From Candidatus Gastranaerophilales bacterium (GTDB lineage: Bacteria > Cyanobacteriota > Vampirovibrionia > Gastranaerophilales > Gastranaerophilaceae), in the NCBI GenBank assembly GCA_944323985.1, contig CALUUP010000001.1:37029-101028 (forward strand): a stretch of 64,000 nt of DNA, in the 5' to 3' direction. The translations under genes and the position numbers were made by a program. The notes under the pieces were generated by a model that did not search any database, was not told the origin of the DNA, and saw only the letters and a program-made list of their open reading frames with translations. This document shows positions 1 through 10,516 of the stretch, piece by piece (the stretch's first letter is position 1; every line of letters starts with the position of its first letter).

Positions 1-4
1 TGAT

Positions 5-235
5 TTGTCTCCAATGGAAGAAACTTTGAATAGATTTTTAGTCGCAATAGATCAAAAAATGTCTTCGCAACAAGATAAAATTAGTAAATTAGAATCACAA
101 TTGGAAGAAGTGCTTTCTTTCGTAGATTCTAAGGATACTGCTCAATTAACTAAAAAAGTCGGCGGTATGGATAGACAAATAGCAAAATTAAATAAAAGCA
201 TCGAAAAAATAGCTTCACATGTTGTTGAAAAATAA
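5..235 (+). CDS. Small coiled-coil hypothetical protein (start uncertain at window edge)
   Basis: 76-aa ORF with heptad-like pattern; stop overlaps the start of the next gene. Confidence 0.55.
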   Translation: MSPMEETLNRFLVAIDQKMSSQQDKISKLESQLEEVLSFVDSKDTAQLTKKVGGMDRQIAKLNKSIEKIASHVVEK

Positions 236-1604
236 TATAAAAACTATAAAATCAATAATAAATAATAATCGGGTTTTAACCTCTAAAGAGGAGTTATATT
301 GTTATGCACAAGATTCAACAAATATAAAAGAAAATGATATTTTACCTGATTGTGTAGTTTTTGTTGAAACGATAGAAGAAGTTCAAAAAATATTAAAATA
401 TGCTAACGAGAATAAAATTCCTGTAATATCAAGAGGTGCCGGAACTAATATGGTTGCAGCTTGTTCTTGTCCTCAAGGTGGTATCGTTTTGAATTTTTCA
501 AGAATGAATAAAATTTTGAATTTTAATAAAATGAATATGACAATGACTGTGCAACCAGGAGTTGTGTTGAATGATATAAAAAAACTTGCATCAAGTGAAG
601 GTTTATTTTATCCTCCGGATCCTTCAAATTATAAGGTTTCTACAATAGGAGGAAGTATTGCCCAGTCTTCAGGAGGAGCGAAAGCTTTGAAATACGGGAC
701 TACAAAAGATTATATATTAAGTTTGAAGGTTGTTTTAGCGGATGGGACTTTGGTTAAATTAGGTGCAAATACAATAAAAGATGCCGTTGGATATCATTTG
801 AATCAACTTATAGTAGGAAGTGAAGGAACTTTAGCAGTTGTTGTTGAAGCAGAGTTAAAATTAATACCTAAGCCAGAAATCAGAAATTTAATAGTTGCTT
901 ATTTTGATACGATGGAAGATGCTGTAAAAGCTTCTACTTTAATTTTAAAATCCAAAATACTACCTTCTACAATAGATTTTATGGATAATAATTCAATACG
1001 GACTGTGGAGGAATTTTATCCAACAGGTTTAGATATTACAAAAGCGGCGATGTTATTAATAGAATTAGACGGATTTACGTCGTCAATGGCGCAACAAGTA
1101 GAAACTGTTATTAAAGTTTTAAAACAAATAAATGTTTCGAGCTTTGATTTAGCAAAAGATGAAAATACAATAGAAAAAATATGGTCTTCAAGAAGAGCTA
1201 GCTTTGCTGCAACTGCAAAACTAGCTCCTGATGTTGTATCCGATGATATAATTGTTCCAAGGGATAAGTTGGCAACTTTAGTTGTCGGATGTAAGAAAAT
1301 TTGTGATGAGAATAATTTGAAAGTTTGTATAGTTGGACATGTTGGCGATGGGAATATTCATCCTCAGATAGCATTAAATTTAAAAGATGAAATTCAATTT
1401 AGAAATTATGTAAATGCAAAGTCTCAAATGTATGAATTAGCAATAAATTTAGGAGGAACAATATCAGCTGAACATGGAGTGGGAAAAGAAAAAATTTCAT
1501 ATATAGAATCTACTTTGGATAAAGCTTCTATTAATCTTATGAAAAATATAAAACGAATATTTGATCCAAATAATATATTGAATCCTGGTAAAATTTTTAA
1601 ATAA
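219..1604 (+). CDS. FAD-linked oxidase, GlcD/D-lactate dehydrogenase family
   Basis: FAD-binding PCMH motifs (RGAGTN, PDPS...STIGG) and C-terminal GHVGDGNIH and GGTISAEHGVG. Confidence 0.9.
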   Translation: MLLKNNIKTIKSIINNNRVLTSKEELYCYAQDSTNIKENDILPDCVVFVETIEEVQKILKYANENKIPVISRGAGTNMVAACSCPQGGIVLNFSRMNKILNFNKMNMTMTVQPGVVLNDIKKLASSEGLFYPPDPSNYKVSTIGGSIAQSSGGAKALKYGTTKDYILSLKVVLADGTLVKLGANTIKDAVGYHLNQLIVGSEGTLAVVVEAELKLIPKPEIRNLIVAYFDTMEDAVKASTLILKSKILPSTIDFMDNNSIRTVEEFYPTGLDITKAAMLLIELDGFTSSMAQQVETVIKVLKQINVSSFDLAKDENTIEKIWSSRRASFAATAKLAPDVVSDDIIVPRDKLATLVVGCKKICDENNLKVCIVGHVGDGNIHPQIALNLKDEIQFRNYVNAKSQMYELAINLGGTISAEHGVGKEKISYIESTLDKASINLMKNIKRIFDPNNILNPGKIFK

Positions 1605-1619
1605 AGAAAGGGAGTAGTT

Positions 1620-1934
1620 ATGGATATAATTGTGATTTATTGTACAGTACCAGATAAAAAATTAGCAAAAGAAATTTCAAAGGTATTGATGAAACATAAG
1701 TTAGCCGCTTGTGTTAGTATGATAGATAATGTAAAGTCTGTTTTTTCTTGGGATGGAGAAATTTGTGAAGAAAAAGAAGTTTTAATGATGATAAAAACAA
1801 GACGTTCTAATTATGCAAAAATAAAACTTGTAATAGAAGATATGCATTCATATAATGTACCAGAAATAATTGCATTACCGATAGTTGACTGCAGCGAAGA
1901 TTATTTAAAATGGTTAGTGAAAGAGACAGAATAG
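1620..1934 (+). CDS. cutA: Divalent-cation tolerance protein CutA
   Basis: KLAACVS...FSWDGEI..E...KT and HSYNVPEIIALP motifs; RBS GGGAG. Confidence 0.92.
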   Translation: MDIIVIYCTVPDKKLAKEISKVLMKHKLAACVSMIDNVKSVFSWDGEICEEKEVLMMIKTRRSNYAKIKLVIEDMHSYNVPEIIALPIVDCSEDYLKWLVKETE

Positions 1935-2689
1935 AAAAAATAGTTGATTATTTAAACTCTCAAGGTGTTTTTGTTAATATTTCAAAAAATAAAGCAAGAG
2001 GACATAAAGGTTTTTTTAAGTTTGGTAATAATTCTTTGTATCGAATAGATATAGCAAAAGGTTTGACAGGTTTTGAAATTTTGAAAACACTTGTACATGA
2101 GTTTGCGCATTTTATTCATTTTAAAAATTCTAATGATTTAAATTTTTTAGATTTTATTTTTCCAGAATTTGATGAGAAAATTGAAAATGAATTATTGGAA
2201 ATAACAGTAAATGCTATTCCAAAAGATTTTGCCAGTTCAATATATGAGCAGAAAAATATTTTGGAAAAGGAAAAATTTGAATTATTAAATATAATAAAAT
2301 CTAAAAATCCTAAGTTTAAGATCTCAGATGTTAGATTTTATCCGGAACCTCTATCATATTTATTAAAATATGATAGAGTTGTTTACAACGGAAAAATTTT
2401 AAGTATAGAAAATTTAGAAAAAACTTATAAAAATTTATCAAATGAAGATGTAGCTTTTTTTAAGTTAAAATCGTGTCAAAGAAAATTAAAAAAAATAACA
2501 TCAAAAATTTCAAAATTAAATAAATATTATAATAATAAATCAGAATTATTAGCAAGATTTTGCGAATTATATTATTTGGATGAGGATTTGGTAAAAAAAA
2601 TTGCTCCGAATACCTATCGAATATTTGATAGAAATATTAAAGAATTTAATATAGAGGAATTTAAAAAATTAAAAGAATTGTTAAAATAA
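1910..2689 (+). CDS. Hypothetical protein with zincin HEXXH motif
   Basis: TLVHEFAHFIH plus distal YY...ELLARFCELYY. Confidence 0.6.
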   Translation: MVSERDRIEKIVDYLNSQGVFVNISKNKARGHKGFFKFGNNSLYRIDIAKGLTGFEILKTLVHEFAHFIHFKNSNDLNFLDFIFPEFDEKIENELLEITVNAIPKDFASSIYEQKNILEKEKFELLNIIKSKNPKFKISDVRFYPEPLSYLLKYDRVVYNGKILSIENLEKTYKNLSNEDVAFFKLKSCQRKLKKITSKISKLNKYYNNKSELLARFCELYYLDEDLVKKIAPNTYRIFDRNIKEFNIEEFKKLKELLK

Positions 2690-2749
2690 AAAAAATTTTT
2701 CTTTATTAATTTAATAATTTTTAGTAGAATGTATGTTGGAGAGCATATA

Positions 2750-3526
2750 ATGATATTAAAGATAAGAAGAACATCTAAAAAAGATGATATAAGGTTTTTT
2801 ACAAGTATAATATTCGCTTTTTTATTTTTGGTTTGGTTATGTACGCCACCAGGTAATAAATTTATGCAGTTGTGTTTATGGGGTAATCATACAAAATATT
2901 TTATTGCAAAATATATCCAGCATTCAGATATAAATGAATATATTTTCCATCGTAATAATGCTATTTATTTAGCAAGGATGTATAAGGATAAAAAGAAGGC
3001 ATTGCAAGAAATAGATAATGCAATCAAGACTGTTCCAGCTTTTGCTTCTGATAAAGAGTTAAAAACATTGTATAAAGAAAGAGCTCAAATTCGTTTAATG
3101 GCAAAGGATTATAATGGGGCTTTGAATGATTATATAAATTCAGGTCAAATAAATATTAATGATTGTTTGACAGTTGCAATGTTATTCAAGTTAGTTGGAA
3201 ATTATCGGGAAGCAATGTCTTATTGTAATGAAATATTAGAGAAAGATAATCTTGCTTTTGCCGGTTATGCTTGTTTATCTGATTTATATGATTCTTATGG
3301 CAGACCTGATTATGCGTTAAAAGTTTGGGATCTGGCAATTGATAGAAAGACTTCTAATGCCAGGTTTTATGCAGAAAGAGCAAAAATAAAGAAAAAAATG
3401 GGCGATATAGAAGGGTATAATGCTGATGTAAAAATAGCAAAAGAATATTCTCCTACTATAGACATAGATGAATCTATTATAGATCAAGTATTATCTCCTA
3501 AGATATTATCTTTAGCTATTAAATAA
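2750..3526 (+). CDS. Membrane-anchored TPR protein
   Basis: N-terminal hydrophobic helix followed by TPR-like repeats. Start moved from 2729 to the ATG after RBS GGAGAG. Confidence 0.65.
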   Translation: MILKIRRTSKKDDIRFFTSIIFAFLFLVWLCTPPGNKFMQLCLWGNHTKYFIAKYIQHSDINEYIFHRNNAIYLARMYKDKKKALQEIDNAIKTVPAFASDKELKTLYKERAQIRLMAKDYNGALNDYINSGQININDCLTVAMLFKLVGNYREAMSYCNEILEKDNLAFAGYACLSDLYDSYGRPDYALKVWDLAIDRKTSNARFYAERAKIKKKMGDIEGYNADVKIAKEYSPTIDIDESIIDQVLSPKILSLAIK

Positions 3527-3552
3527 TTAAAAAGATGAATCTTTATATAAAA

Positions 3553-3581
3553 TTAAAACAAACAATTTTTGTTTGTTTTAA
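3553..3581. terminator. AT-rich hairpin, probable terminator
   Basis: ttaaaacaaacaa-ttt-ttgtttgttttaa inverted repeat after the TPR gene. Confidence 0.5.
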
Positions 3582-3616
3582 TATATATTTATAACTTTGT
3601 AAAGAGGAAATTTTAT

Positions 3617-5239
3617 ATGAAGTATTCAGAATATTCAGTGGTAATCATAGGAAGCGGAATTGCAGGTCTTTATGCTGCGTTGAAGATTGTAAAGCAAATA
3701 AATTTGCCGGAAGGTATTTTAATAATAACAAAATCAACATTAGGAGAAAGTAATTCTAAATATGCCCAAGGTGGAATAGTTGGAGTTGTTCATCAAAATA
3801 AGTGTGATAGTGTAGATTTGCATGTTAAAGATACATTAAAAGCCGGCGCTGGTTTATGTGATGAAAATTCTGTAAGGGGTATATCAGAGGCGTCTGATGA
3901 GGTGTTAAATGATTTAATTGAGACAGGAGTTAAATTTGATAAAAATAAATCAGGAGACTTAACATTTACATTGGAAGCCGCTCATAGTGTAAGGCGAATT
4001 TTACATTGTGGTGGGGATGCTACTGGTGCAGGGATTACAAAAGCATTGTGTGAAAAAGTATTAGAAAATCCAAATATTTCAGTACAAGAAAATACAATAG
4101 CTGTTGAATTATTAATAGATTCAGATAAGATATGTAAGGGTGTAATTGTATATAATGAATTAAGTGGTGAACATGAAATTGTATACACTTCAGCATTAGT
4201 ATTAGCAACAGGTGGTGTTGGTCAAGTTTATAAATATACAACAAATCCAATTTGTGCTACTGGTGATGGAGTAGCTTTAGCATATGATGCAGGAGCTATT
4301 ATACAAGATATGGAATTTATACAATTCCATCCAACAGCTTTAGCTTTATCCGTAAATGATAAAAATAGATTTCTAATTTCAGAAGCTGTTCGTGGAGAAG
4401 GTGCAAAACTTTTAGATAAAAATGGTATTGAATTTATGTCAAAATATCATGATAAAAAAGAATTAGCCCCTCGTGATATAGTAGCACGAGCAATATTTTC
4501 TGAAATGAAAAAGGAAAATATTAGCAGTGTTTATTTAAATGCTTCAATTATTGATTCTTCGAAGTTATTTAACAGATTTCCTACAATATCTAAAAAATGT
4601 ATAGAAAATGGTATTGATATATCAAAAGCGCTAATACCGGTTGCACCGGCTGCTCATTATACTATGGGTGGAGTTAAGTCAACTATAGAAGGTAGAACTT
4701 CAATTAGGGGTTTGTATGCAATAGGTGAAGTTGCTTCAACGGGTTTGCACGGAGCGAATCGATTAGCAAGTAATTCGTTATTAGAATGCGTTGTTTGTGC
4801 TTATCAGTTGGCAGATTTATTATCTTTTGCAAATTTATCAATACCTAAAAAAATTGATGATTCTATTCGAAAGATTATAGAAAAGTATTCAGCACCAATA
4901 AGTGAAGATGAGTATGATATTTTAACTCTAAAGAATAGTTTAAAGGATTTAATGTGGGATAATGTTGGAATAATTCGTTCAAAAGAATCTCTAGAAAAGG
5001 CAAAAAAAATTGTTGATAATTTAAAGAGTAAATTTACAAGAGATAGAAAATGTTTAAATATTGAAGAATATGAGTATAGAAATATGTTAACAGTATCTTC
5101 TATAATAATAGATAGTGCTTTAAATCGTAAGGAGTCTAGAGGTGCTCATTCGCGTGTTGATTATACACAAATGGATGCAGAAGTAAAACATACTGAAATA
5201 ATGAAGATTAATGAAAGGGAATTGATTAATGTTAAATAA
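3617..5239 (+). CDS. nadB: L-aspartate oxidase
   Basis: GSGIAG FAD motif, SKYAQGGI, EAAHSVRRILH, QFHPT, ISEAVRGEG, GLHGANRLASNSLLE; adjacent to nadC. Start set at the ATG after RBS GAGG. Confidence 0.95.
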   Translation: MKYSEYSVVIIGSGIAGLYAALKIVKQINLPEGILIITKSTLGESNSKYAQGGIVGVVHQNKCDSVDLHVKDTLKAGAGLCDENSVRGISEASDEVLNDLIETGVKFDKNKSGDLTFTLEAAHSVRRILHCGGDATGAGITKALCEKVLENPNISVQENTIAVELLIDSDKICKGVIVYNELSGEHEIVYTSALVLATGGVGQVYKYTTNPICATGDGVALAYDAGAIIQDMEFIQFHPTALALSVNDKNRFLISEAVRGEGAKLLDKNGIEFMSKYHDKKELAPRDIVARAIFSEMKKENISSVYLNASIIDSSKLFNRFPTISKKCIENGIDISKALIPVAPAAHYTMGGVKSTIEGRTSIRGLYAIGEVASTGLHGANRLASNSLLECVVCAYQLADLLSFANLSIPKKIDDSIRKIIEKYSAPISEDEYDILTLKNSLKDLMWDNVGIIRSKESLEKAKKIVDNLKSKFTRDRKCLNIEEYEYRNMLTVSSIIIDSALNRKESRGAHSRVDYTQMDAEVKHTEIMKINERELINVK

Positions 5240-6062
5240 TTTTTATATTGAAGATCATGTAAAAATGGCTTTGCAGGAAGATATTGGCTTTGGTGATATT
5301 ACAACTGATTATTTAACTAATGAAGATGATAATTTAAGTTGTGTTTTAAATACTAGAGTAGATGGGATTTTTTGTGGTAGAAATGTTTTTGAAATGGTTT
5401 TTAAAGTTTTATCACCAGAAGTAAAGATAAAATTTTATTTTAAAGATGGTGATGAAATAAAAAAAGGAGATAAAATAGCTGAAATAAATGGGCCAGCAAA
5501 GTATATATTGATGGGTGAAAGAACTGCTTTAAATTATATACAAAGGATGAGTGGTATAGCGACAGAAACAAATAAGTATCAAAAAGCTATTGGGAATTAT
5601 GCGTCAAAGATAGTAGATACAAGAAAGACGACTCCCGGTTTTAGGGCTTTTGAAAAATATTCAGTAAAAATCGGTGGTGGAAGTTTACATAGATTTAATT
5701 TATCAGATTGTGCAATGATAAAGGATAATCATATAAAATATGCAGGATCTTTGACAAATGCTGTAGAAATATTAAAAAAACATATTTCTCACGCTCATAA
5801 GATAGAAGTTGAGTGCGATACAATTGATCAAGTACGAGAAGCGATTGCTTGTGGTGTTGATATAATAATGCTTGATAATATGTCTTTAGATCAAATGAAA
5901 GAATGTGTGGATTTGATTTCAGGAAGAGCTATTGTCGAGGCTAGCGGAAATGTTAATTTAGATAGGATAAATCAAATTGCTTCAACCGGAGTTGATATAA
6001 TATCATCAAGTGCAATTGTTGCAAAGGCTCCAACTTTAGATTTAGGTCTTGATATTTTGTAA
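5229..6062 (+). CDS. nadC: Nicotinate-nucleotide pyrophosphorylase (carboxylating)
   Basis: EDIGFGDITT, GERTALN, DTRKTTPG, HRFNLSD..MIKDNH, IMLDNM. Confidence 0.95.
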   Translation: MLNNFYIEDHVKMALQEDIGFGDITTDYLTNEDDNLSCVLNTRVDGIFCGRNVFEMVFKVLSPEVKIKFYFKDGDEIKKGDKIAEINGPAKYILMGERTALNYIQRMSGIATETNKYQKAIGNYASKIVDTRKTTPGFRAFEKYSVKIGGGSLHRFNLSDCAMIKDNHIKYAGSLTNAVEILKKHISHAHKIEVECDTIDQVREAIACGVDIIMLDNMSLDQMKECVDLISGRAIVEASGNVNLDRINQIASTGVDIISSSAIVAKAPTLDLGLDIL

Positions 6063-6156
6063 AAATATCGGATTATTGTGAATTTAGGTATCAATTTGTA
6101 AAAAAAGTATATAAAAACGTGCTTTTCTATGTTAAAATTACTCAAGAGGAAATCTA

Positions 6157-8724
6157 ATGAGAATTTTAGAAGTAAGAGATGGTTTTATAAAGTTTGAAGC
6201 AGATGCTTATATACAATTATCATCTTTTGTAAGAATAGATGGTATAGAAAAAAAATATGTTGCTCAAGTTTTTCAGTTGAAAAAATCCGGAGAGTATCCG
6301 ATTGCTTATGCAAAGATATTGTTTTTGTATACGGATGATGAAGGTTTAAAAAATTATGATAAAACTTTGCCATCTAAAGATTCTGAAATATTGAATTTTG
6401 ATAATAAAATTTTATTAGATTCTATAAAATATGAAAATCCGATAATAGTAGGTAAAACAATTGGGACGGAATTAAATATTGTTGTTGATGAATCAATATT
6501 TAATAAAAAGACTTTTATAAGTACTGATTTTGAAGATGTTAATAATATAATTATAAGAAATTTAAGTAAGCAGTTTTTGAATATTAATAAGAAGATAATA
6601 ATTATTGATACATTAGGTTTAATAAGAGCAAAGAAATATTCAGCTGGTGTAGATTTTAAATTACCATTAGATACAAATTCCTTAAATTTTCTTTATAATG
6701 ATTGTCTTAATGATGTTACTGCAGATAGTAAATCTTTAATAATGGAAATATTTAAGGATTTAGCAGAGTATTCTAAAACAGTGCCATTTTTGCCATTTTC
6801 AACTTTAAAAAATATTGTAGATGAAATGGTTGATAAAGAGCATGTGTTTAAACTTTTGGTTTTAAAGAATAAGTTAGCGAAGTTTGATAAGTTGGGTTAT
6901 TTTGTAAAAAATCAAGTTGAAATCGAAAATTTTAATAAAATTTTAGATAATAATTGTGTAGTTTTAGATTTATCAAAATTAGAAGCTAATTTTCAGAATC
7001 AGTATATTGAATTTCTTTATAAAAAGTTTGAACAATTAGATGATATACAAGTATTTTTAGAGCTTTCGAATACTGTAAATAAGAAAAATTTACGAAATAT
7101 TTTATCAAATATAAATGTATCAACAACTTTTGTGTCTCATTCTAAGTTTAAATATTTAAATGATATTAAAAATCTTTTTGATAATTTTATCATTACTCCT
7201 TCTTTTGCTAATAATCAAATTTTTGAGATATATTCATCATTTTTAAAATCTATGACAAAAGAAATGTCTTTAGTAATAGGAGAAGGAACTAATTATATTC
7301 CGTTGGTTACTAAATTACAAAAAATTGATGAAGTAATCAATGTAAATAAGATAGAAAAAGTAGAAAAAATCGAAGATTCTTGTGTAACAGTCGAAGATGC
7401 AGATAACGAAGAAGATTGTAAAAAAACGCAAGAGTTGGATGAATTTAATCAAGAAGATGGTAAACAAGGAGAAATTTCAGATTTAGAAGATAAAGAAGAT
7501 GAAATTTTAAGTTATGTAGATGATCAAGTTGTAGAAAAAGTATCGGAAGAGGAATTACTTTCTACGATAGATGAAAAATCAAAGGATGTTATATCAAAAA
7601 TTGCTGCTGAAAATAATAATATATCAGATGTTAATTTGTTTGATGGCAACAGTGAAATAGATGGATTAGAGCAAAATTTTAATATTGATGATGTTGAAAA
7701 GAATGAAGGGATAACAATTCCAGAAAATGATAATGTAGAAGATAATGTAGAAGAAGGTTCTATAGAAGAAAATGATAATAATATTGTCGATTTAGGTGAC
7801 ATACAAGATTCTCAAAATGAAGAAGTTAGTGATTCTGAAGATGAAATTATATCTGAAGATTCTGAATGTATAAACTCAGTTGATGAAGCAGATGATAATT
7901 CAATAGCTTCTATTTCTGATATAGAAGATGAAAATGTAGTATATGATAATTTGTTAGAAAATCAAGATATTGATATAGGTTCTAATAATGAAGAATTAGA
8001 AGAATATGTTGGTAATGTAGTAGAAATAGATGATGAGTTGGATGTAGCTCCGATTACTGATGATATAGAAGAGATTAGTTCTGATAATGATTTAGAAATG
8101 AATTCAGAAGATGAGTTATCTGTAATGCCATTAGATAATGTTGATGAATATGGTGAGATTACAGAATTAAATCCAGAAGATATTGATGAAAATGATATAT
8201 TGGTAGATTTGTCAGATGAAACAAATCAAATTACAGAAGATTTAGATGAACAAATTGTAAAAGATGTTGATAAAGTTTTTACAACACGAAGAGATGATGA
8301 AATATCAGATACAGATTTGGATTTTATAGATGAATTAAATAGCGATGATATTTTGGAAGAAGTTTCAGCAGATGATGGTTTGTTAGAAAGTTTTTCACAG
8401 GATAAAATTGAAGATGAAGAGGGGATAATAGATAATTCTATTTCAGAAGAAGAACCACAAAATCAGTCAGAAGAAAATGAAATATTAGAAACAAAAAATT
8501 CAACGACTCCAATCGTTCCAATATACAGTGCAGAAATTCCACATGAAGATTTAGTAGAGAGTGATCCAATACAACAGGGAGATTCAGTAACGCATTCAAA
8601 ATATGGAGTTGGTGTTGTTGAAAAAATGATAAAGTATGGTAATAAAACTTTATATTCTATCAATTTTGATAATATAGGAAGACGTTTATTAGATCCGACA
8701 TTGACTGAAATAAAGAAAATTTAA
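6157..8724 (+). CDS. Hypothetical protein: degenerate HerA/DUF87-like N-terminal region, long acidic linker, C-terminal PcrA/UvrD-type tudor-like domain
   Basis: N-terminal barrel-like segment; KKIIIIDTLG resembles the HerA family V.IFD.hGE motif; D/E-rich region of about 400 aa; C-terminal GDSVTHSKYGVGVV...INFDNIGRRLL. Confidence 0.5.
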   Translation: MRILEVRDGFIKFEADAYIQLSSFVRIDGIEKKYVAQVFQLKKSGEYPIAYAKILFLYTDDEGLKNYDKTLPSKDSEILNFDNKILLDSIKYENPIIVGKTIGTELNIVVDESIFNKKTFISTDFEDVNNIIIRNLSKQFLNINKKIIIIDTLGLIRAKKYSAGVDFKLPLDTNSLNFLYNDCLNDVTADSKSLIMEIFKDLAEYSKTVPFLPFSTLKNIVDEMVDKEHVFKLLVLKNKLAKFDKLGYFVKNQVEIENFNKILDNNCVVLDLSKLEANFQNQYIEFLYKKFEQLDDIQVFLELSNTVNKKNLRNILSNINVSTTFVSHSKFKYLNDIKNLFDNFIITPSFANNQIFEIYSSFLKSMTKEMSLVIGEGTNYIPLVTKLQKIDEVINVNKIEKVEKIEDSCVTVEDADNEEDCKKTQELDEFNQEDGKQGEISDLEDKEDEILSYVDDQVVEKVSEEELLSTIDEKSKDVISKIAAENNNISDVNLFDGNSEIDGLEQNFNIDDVEKNEGITIPENDNVEDNVEEGSIEENDNNIVDLGDIQDSQNEEVSDSEDEIISEDSECINSVDEADDNSIASISDIEDENVVYDNLLENQDIDIGSNNEELEEYVGNVVEIDDELDVAPITDDIEEISSDNDLEMNSEDELSVMPLDNVDEYGEITELNPEDIDENDILVDLSDETNQITEDLDEQIVKDVDKVFTTRRDDEISDTDLDFIDELNSDDILEEVSADDGLLESFSQDKIEDEEGIIDNSISEEEPQNQSEENEILETKNSTTPIVPIYSAEIPHEDLVESDPIQQGDSVTHSKYGVGVVEKMIKYGNKTLYSINFDNIGRRLLDPTLTEIKKI

Positions 8725-8867
8725 AGTATTGTAAAACAGTTAGAAGAAAAAACTTTACAATTAAAAGTTTTGTTATTACAATGAATATACTCACTATCCT
8801 CAAGTGATAAGCACTAATATTAGAGTCATTAACTAATATTTGTTGCTACAAGTGAAAGGAAATAAAA

Positions 8868-9134
8868 ATGGCAAATATTAAGTCAGCAAAGAAAAGAGTT
8901 CTAATTGCAGAAGCAAACAGACAAAGAAACGTAGCATTTAAAACATCTATCAAAACTGCAGTGAAAAAAGCTTTAGCTTTAGCTACTGCTGAAAATAAAG
9001 ATGAATTAAACTCAGCTATTTCTAAAGTTTATCAATTATGTGATAAAGCTGTTTCTAAAGGTATTTTACATAAAAATACTGCTGCAAGAAAGAAATCTAG
9101 ACTTGTTTTAGCTATTAAAAAATTAGCAAAATAG
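8868..9134 (+). CDS. rpsT: 30S ribosomal protein S20
   Basis: MANIKSAKKR...KGILHKNTAARKKSRL. Confidence 0.97.
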   Translation: MANIKSAKKRVLIAEANRQRNVAFKTSIKTAVKKALALATAENKDELNSAISKVYQLCDKAVSKGILHKNTAARKKSRLVLAIKKLAK

Positions 9135-9150
9135 GCTAAAAGTGAAAATT

Positions 9151-9189
9151 AAAAATAGACTTGTAAATATCATTTACAAGTCTATTTTT
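9151..9189. terminator. Bidirectional intrinsic terminator (rpsT/rarA)
   Basis: 18-bp stem aaaaatagacttgtaaat / atttacaagtctattttt between convergent genes. Confidence 0.85.
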
Positions 9190-10422
9190 TTAATCTATTA
9201 AATATTTTTTGCCGACAAGTTCATCAGGCAAAAATTGTTGTTTAATATCTGGAGCATCATGAGTATAAATATAACCTTCTCCAAAACCGTATTTTTTAGC
9301 ATCTTTATAATGAGCATCTCTTAAGTGCATAGGAGGAGGAAAATCCAGCCCCGATTCAATATCACAAAGAGCTTTGTCGATTGCAATACAGGCTTTGTTA
9401 GATTTTGGAGCTTTTGCGACATATACAACTGCGTTAGCCAGAGGAATTCTTCCTTCTGGTAGCCCTATTAGCTCTACGGCTTTATAAGCATTTACAGCTA
9501 TGTTCATAGCATTAGGATCTGCAATACCAACATCTTCTGCTGCACATACAATGAGTCTTCTTGCAATAAATCTAGGGTCTTCTCCTGCTGCAATCATTTT
9601 TGCAAGATAATAAATTGCTGCATCAGGATCAGAACCTCTTAGGCTTTTTTGGAAGGCTGAGGCACAATCATAATGTTCTTGTGTTGAGTATCTCGTGTTT
9701 CGTCTTTGAGTAATACTTTCTAGAATTTCTACTGATAGTAGTCTTGTATCATTAGAAAAATTACTTGCAAAATAAGCATTTTCAACTAAATTTAAAGCTG
9801 CTCTTGCATCACCTCTAGCATTATTTATAATAAATTTTATAACGTCTTCTTCATATTGAATTGACTGATAGTTTTTTTCTAAATATTCAAATCCCCTATT
9901 TATAATTTTTTCCATACTATAATCATTAATGGGATTAAGTCTAATTACTTGGACTCTGGAAAGAAGTGCCGGTACAACTTGGAAAGAAGGATTTTCGGTT
10001 GTTGAACCTATTAAAAATAATGTTCCATTTTCTACATGAGGAAGCAGTGCATCTTGTTGAGTTTTAGAATATCTATGAATTTCATCTATAAATAAAATTG
10101 TTTTTTGTCCGCTTCTTAGAGCTTGTCTTGCTTGTTCAACGGTTTCTTTGATCTCTTTTATACCTGATGTGACAGCAGATAGTTCAATAAATTGAGCATT
10201 AACTTTTGTAGCAATAAGTCTTGCCAGAGTTGTTTTACCACAACCTGGTGTTCCCCATAGAATTAATGAGAATAGTCTTTGAGTTTTTAATAAATTAAGC
10301 AGGGGCGAATTAGGAGCGACAACATTAGATTGTCCTAAAAAATCTTCTAAAGTTTTAGGTCTTAAAATTTCTGCTAAAGGTATTTGTTTATTGGCTTCTT
10401 CTAATTGTGTAAATAAATTCAT
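9190..10422 (-). CDS. rarA: Replication-associated recombination protein A (MgsA/RarA AAA+ ATPase)
   Basis: PLAEILRP, Walker A GTPGCGKT, FIDEIHR, GSTTENP, KSLRGSDPDAAIYYLA, AAEDVG. Confidence 0.93.
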   Translation of the reverse strand: MNLFTQLEEANKQIPLAEILRPKTLEDFLGQSNVVAPNSPLLNLLKTQRLFSLILWGTPGCGKTTLARLIATKVNAQFIELSAVTSGIKEIKETVEQARQALRSGQKTILFIDEIHRYSKTQQDALLPHVENGTLFLIGSTTENPSFQVVPALLSRVQVIRLNPINDYSMEKIINRGFEYLEKNYQSIQYEEDVIKFIINNARGDARAALNLVENAYFASNFSNDTRLLSVEILESITQRRNTRYSTQEHYDCASAFQKSLRGSDPDAAIYYLAKMIAAGEDPRFIARRLIVCAAEDVGIADPNAMNIAVNAYKAVELIGLPEGRIPLANAVVYVAKAPKSNKACIAIDKALCDIESGLDFPPPMHLRDAHYKDAKKYGFGEGYIYTHDAPDIKQQFLPDELVGKKYLID

Positions 10423-10516
10423 AAGAATATGTTAGCACAATTTTAATTACAATACTAAAAATATTCAAATTTATAAATAAATATGTTATAATGCTTTTTC
10501 AAGAAAGGAGATTTAT

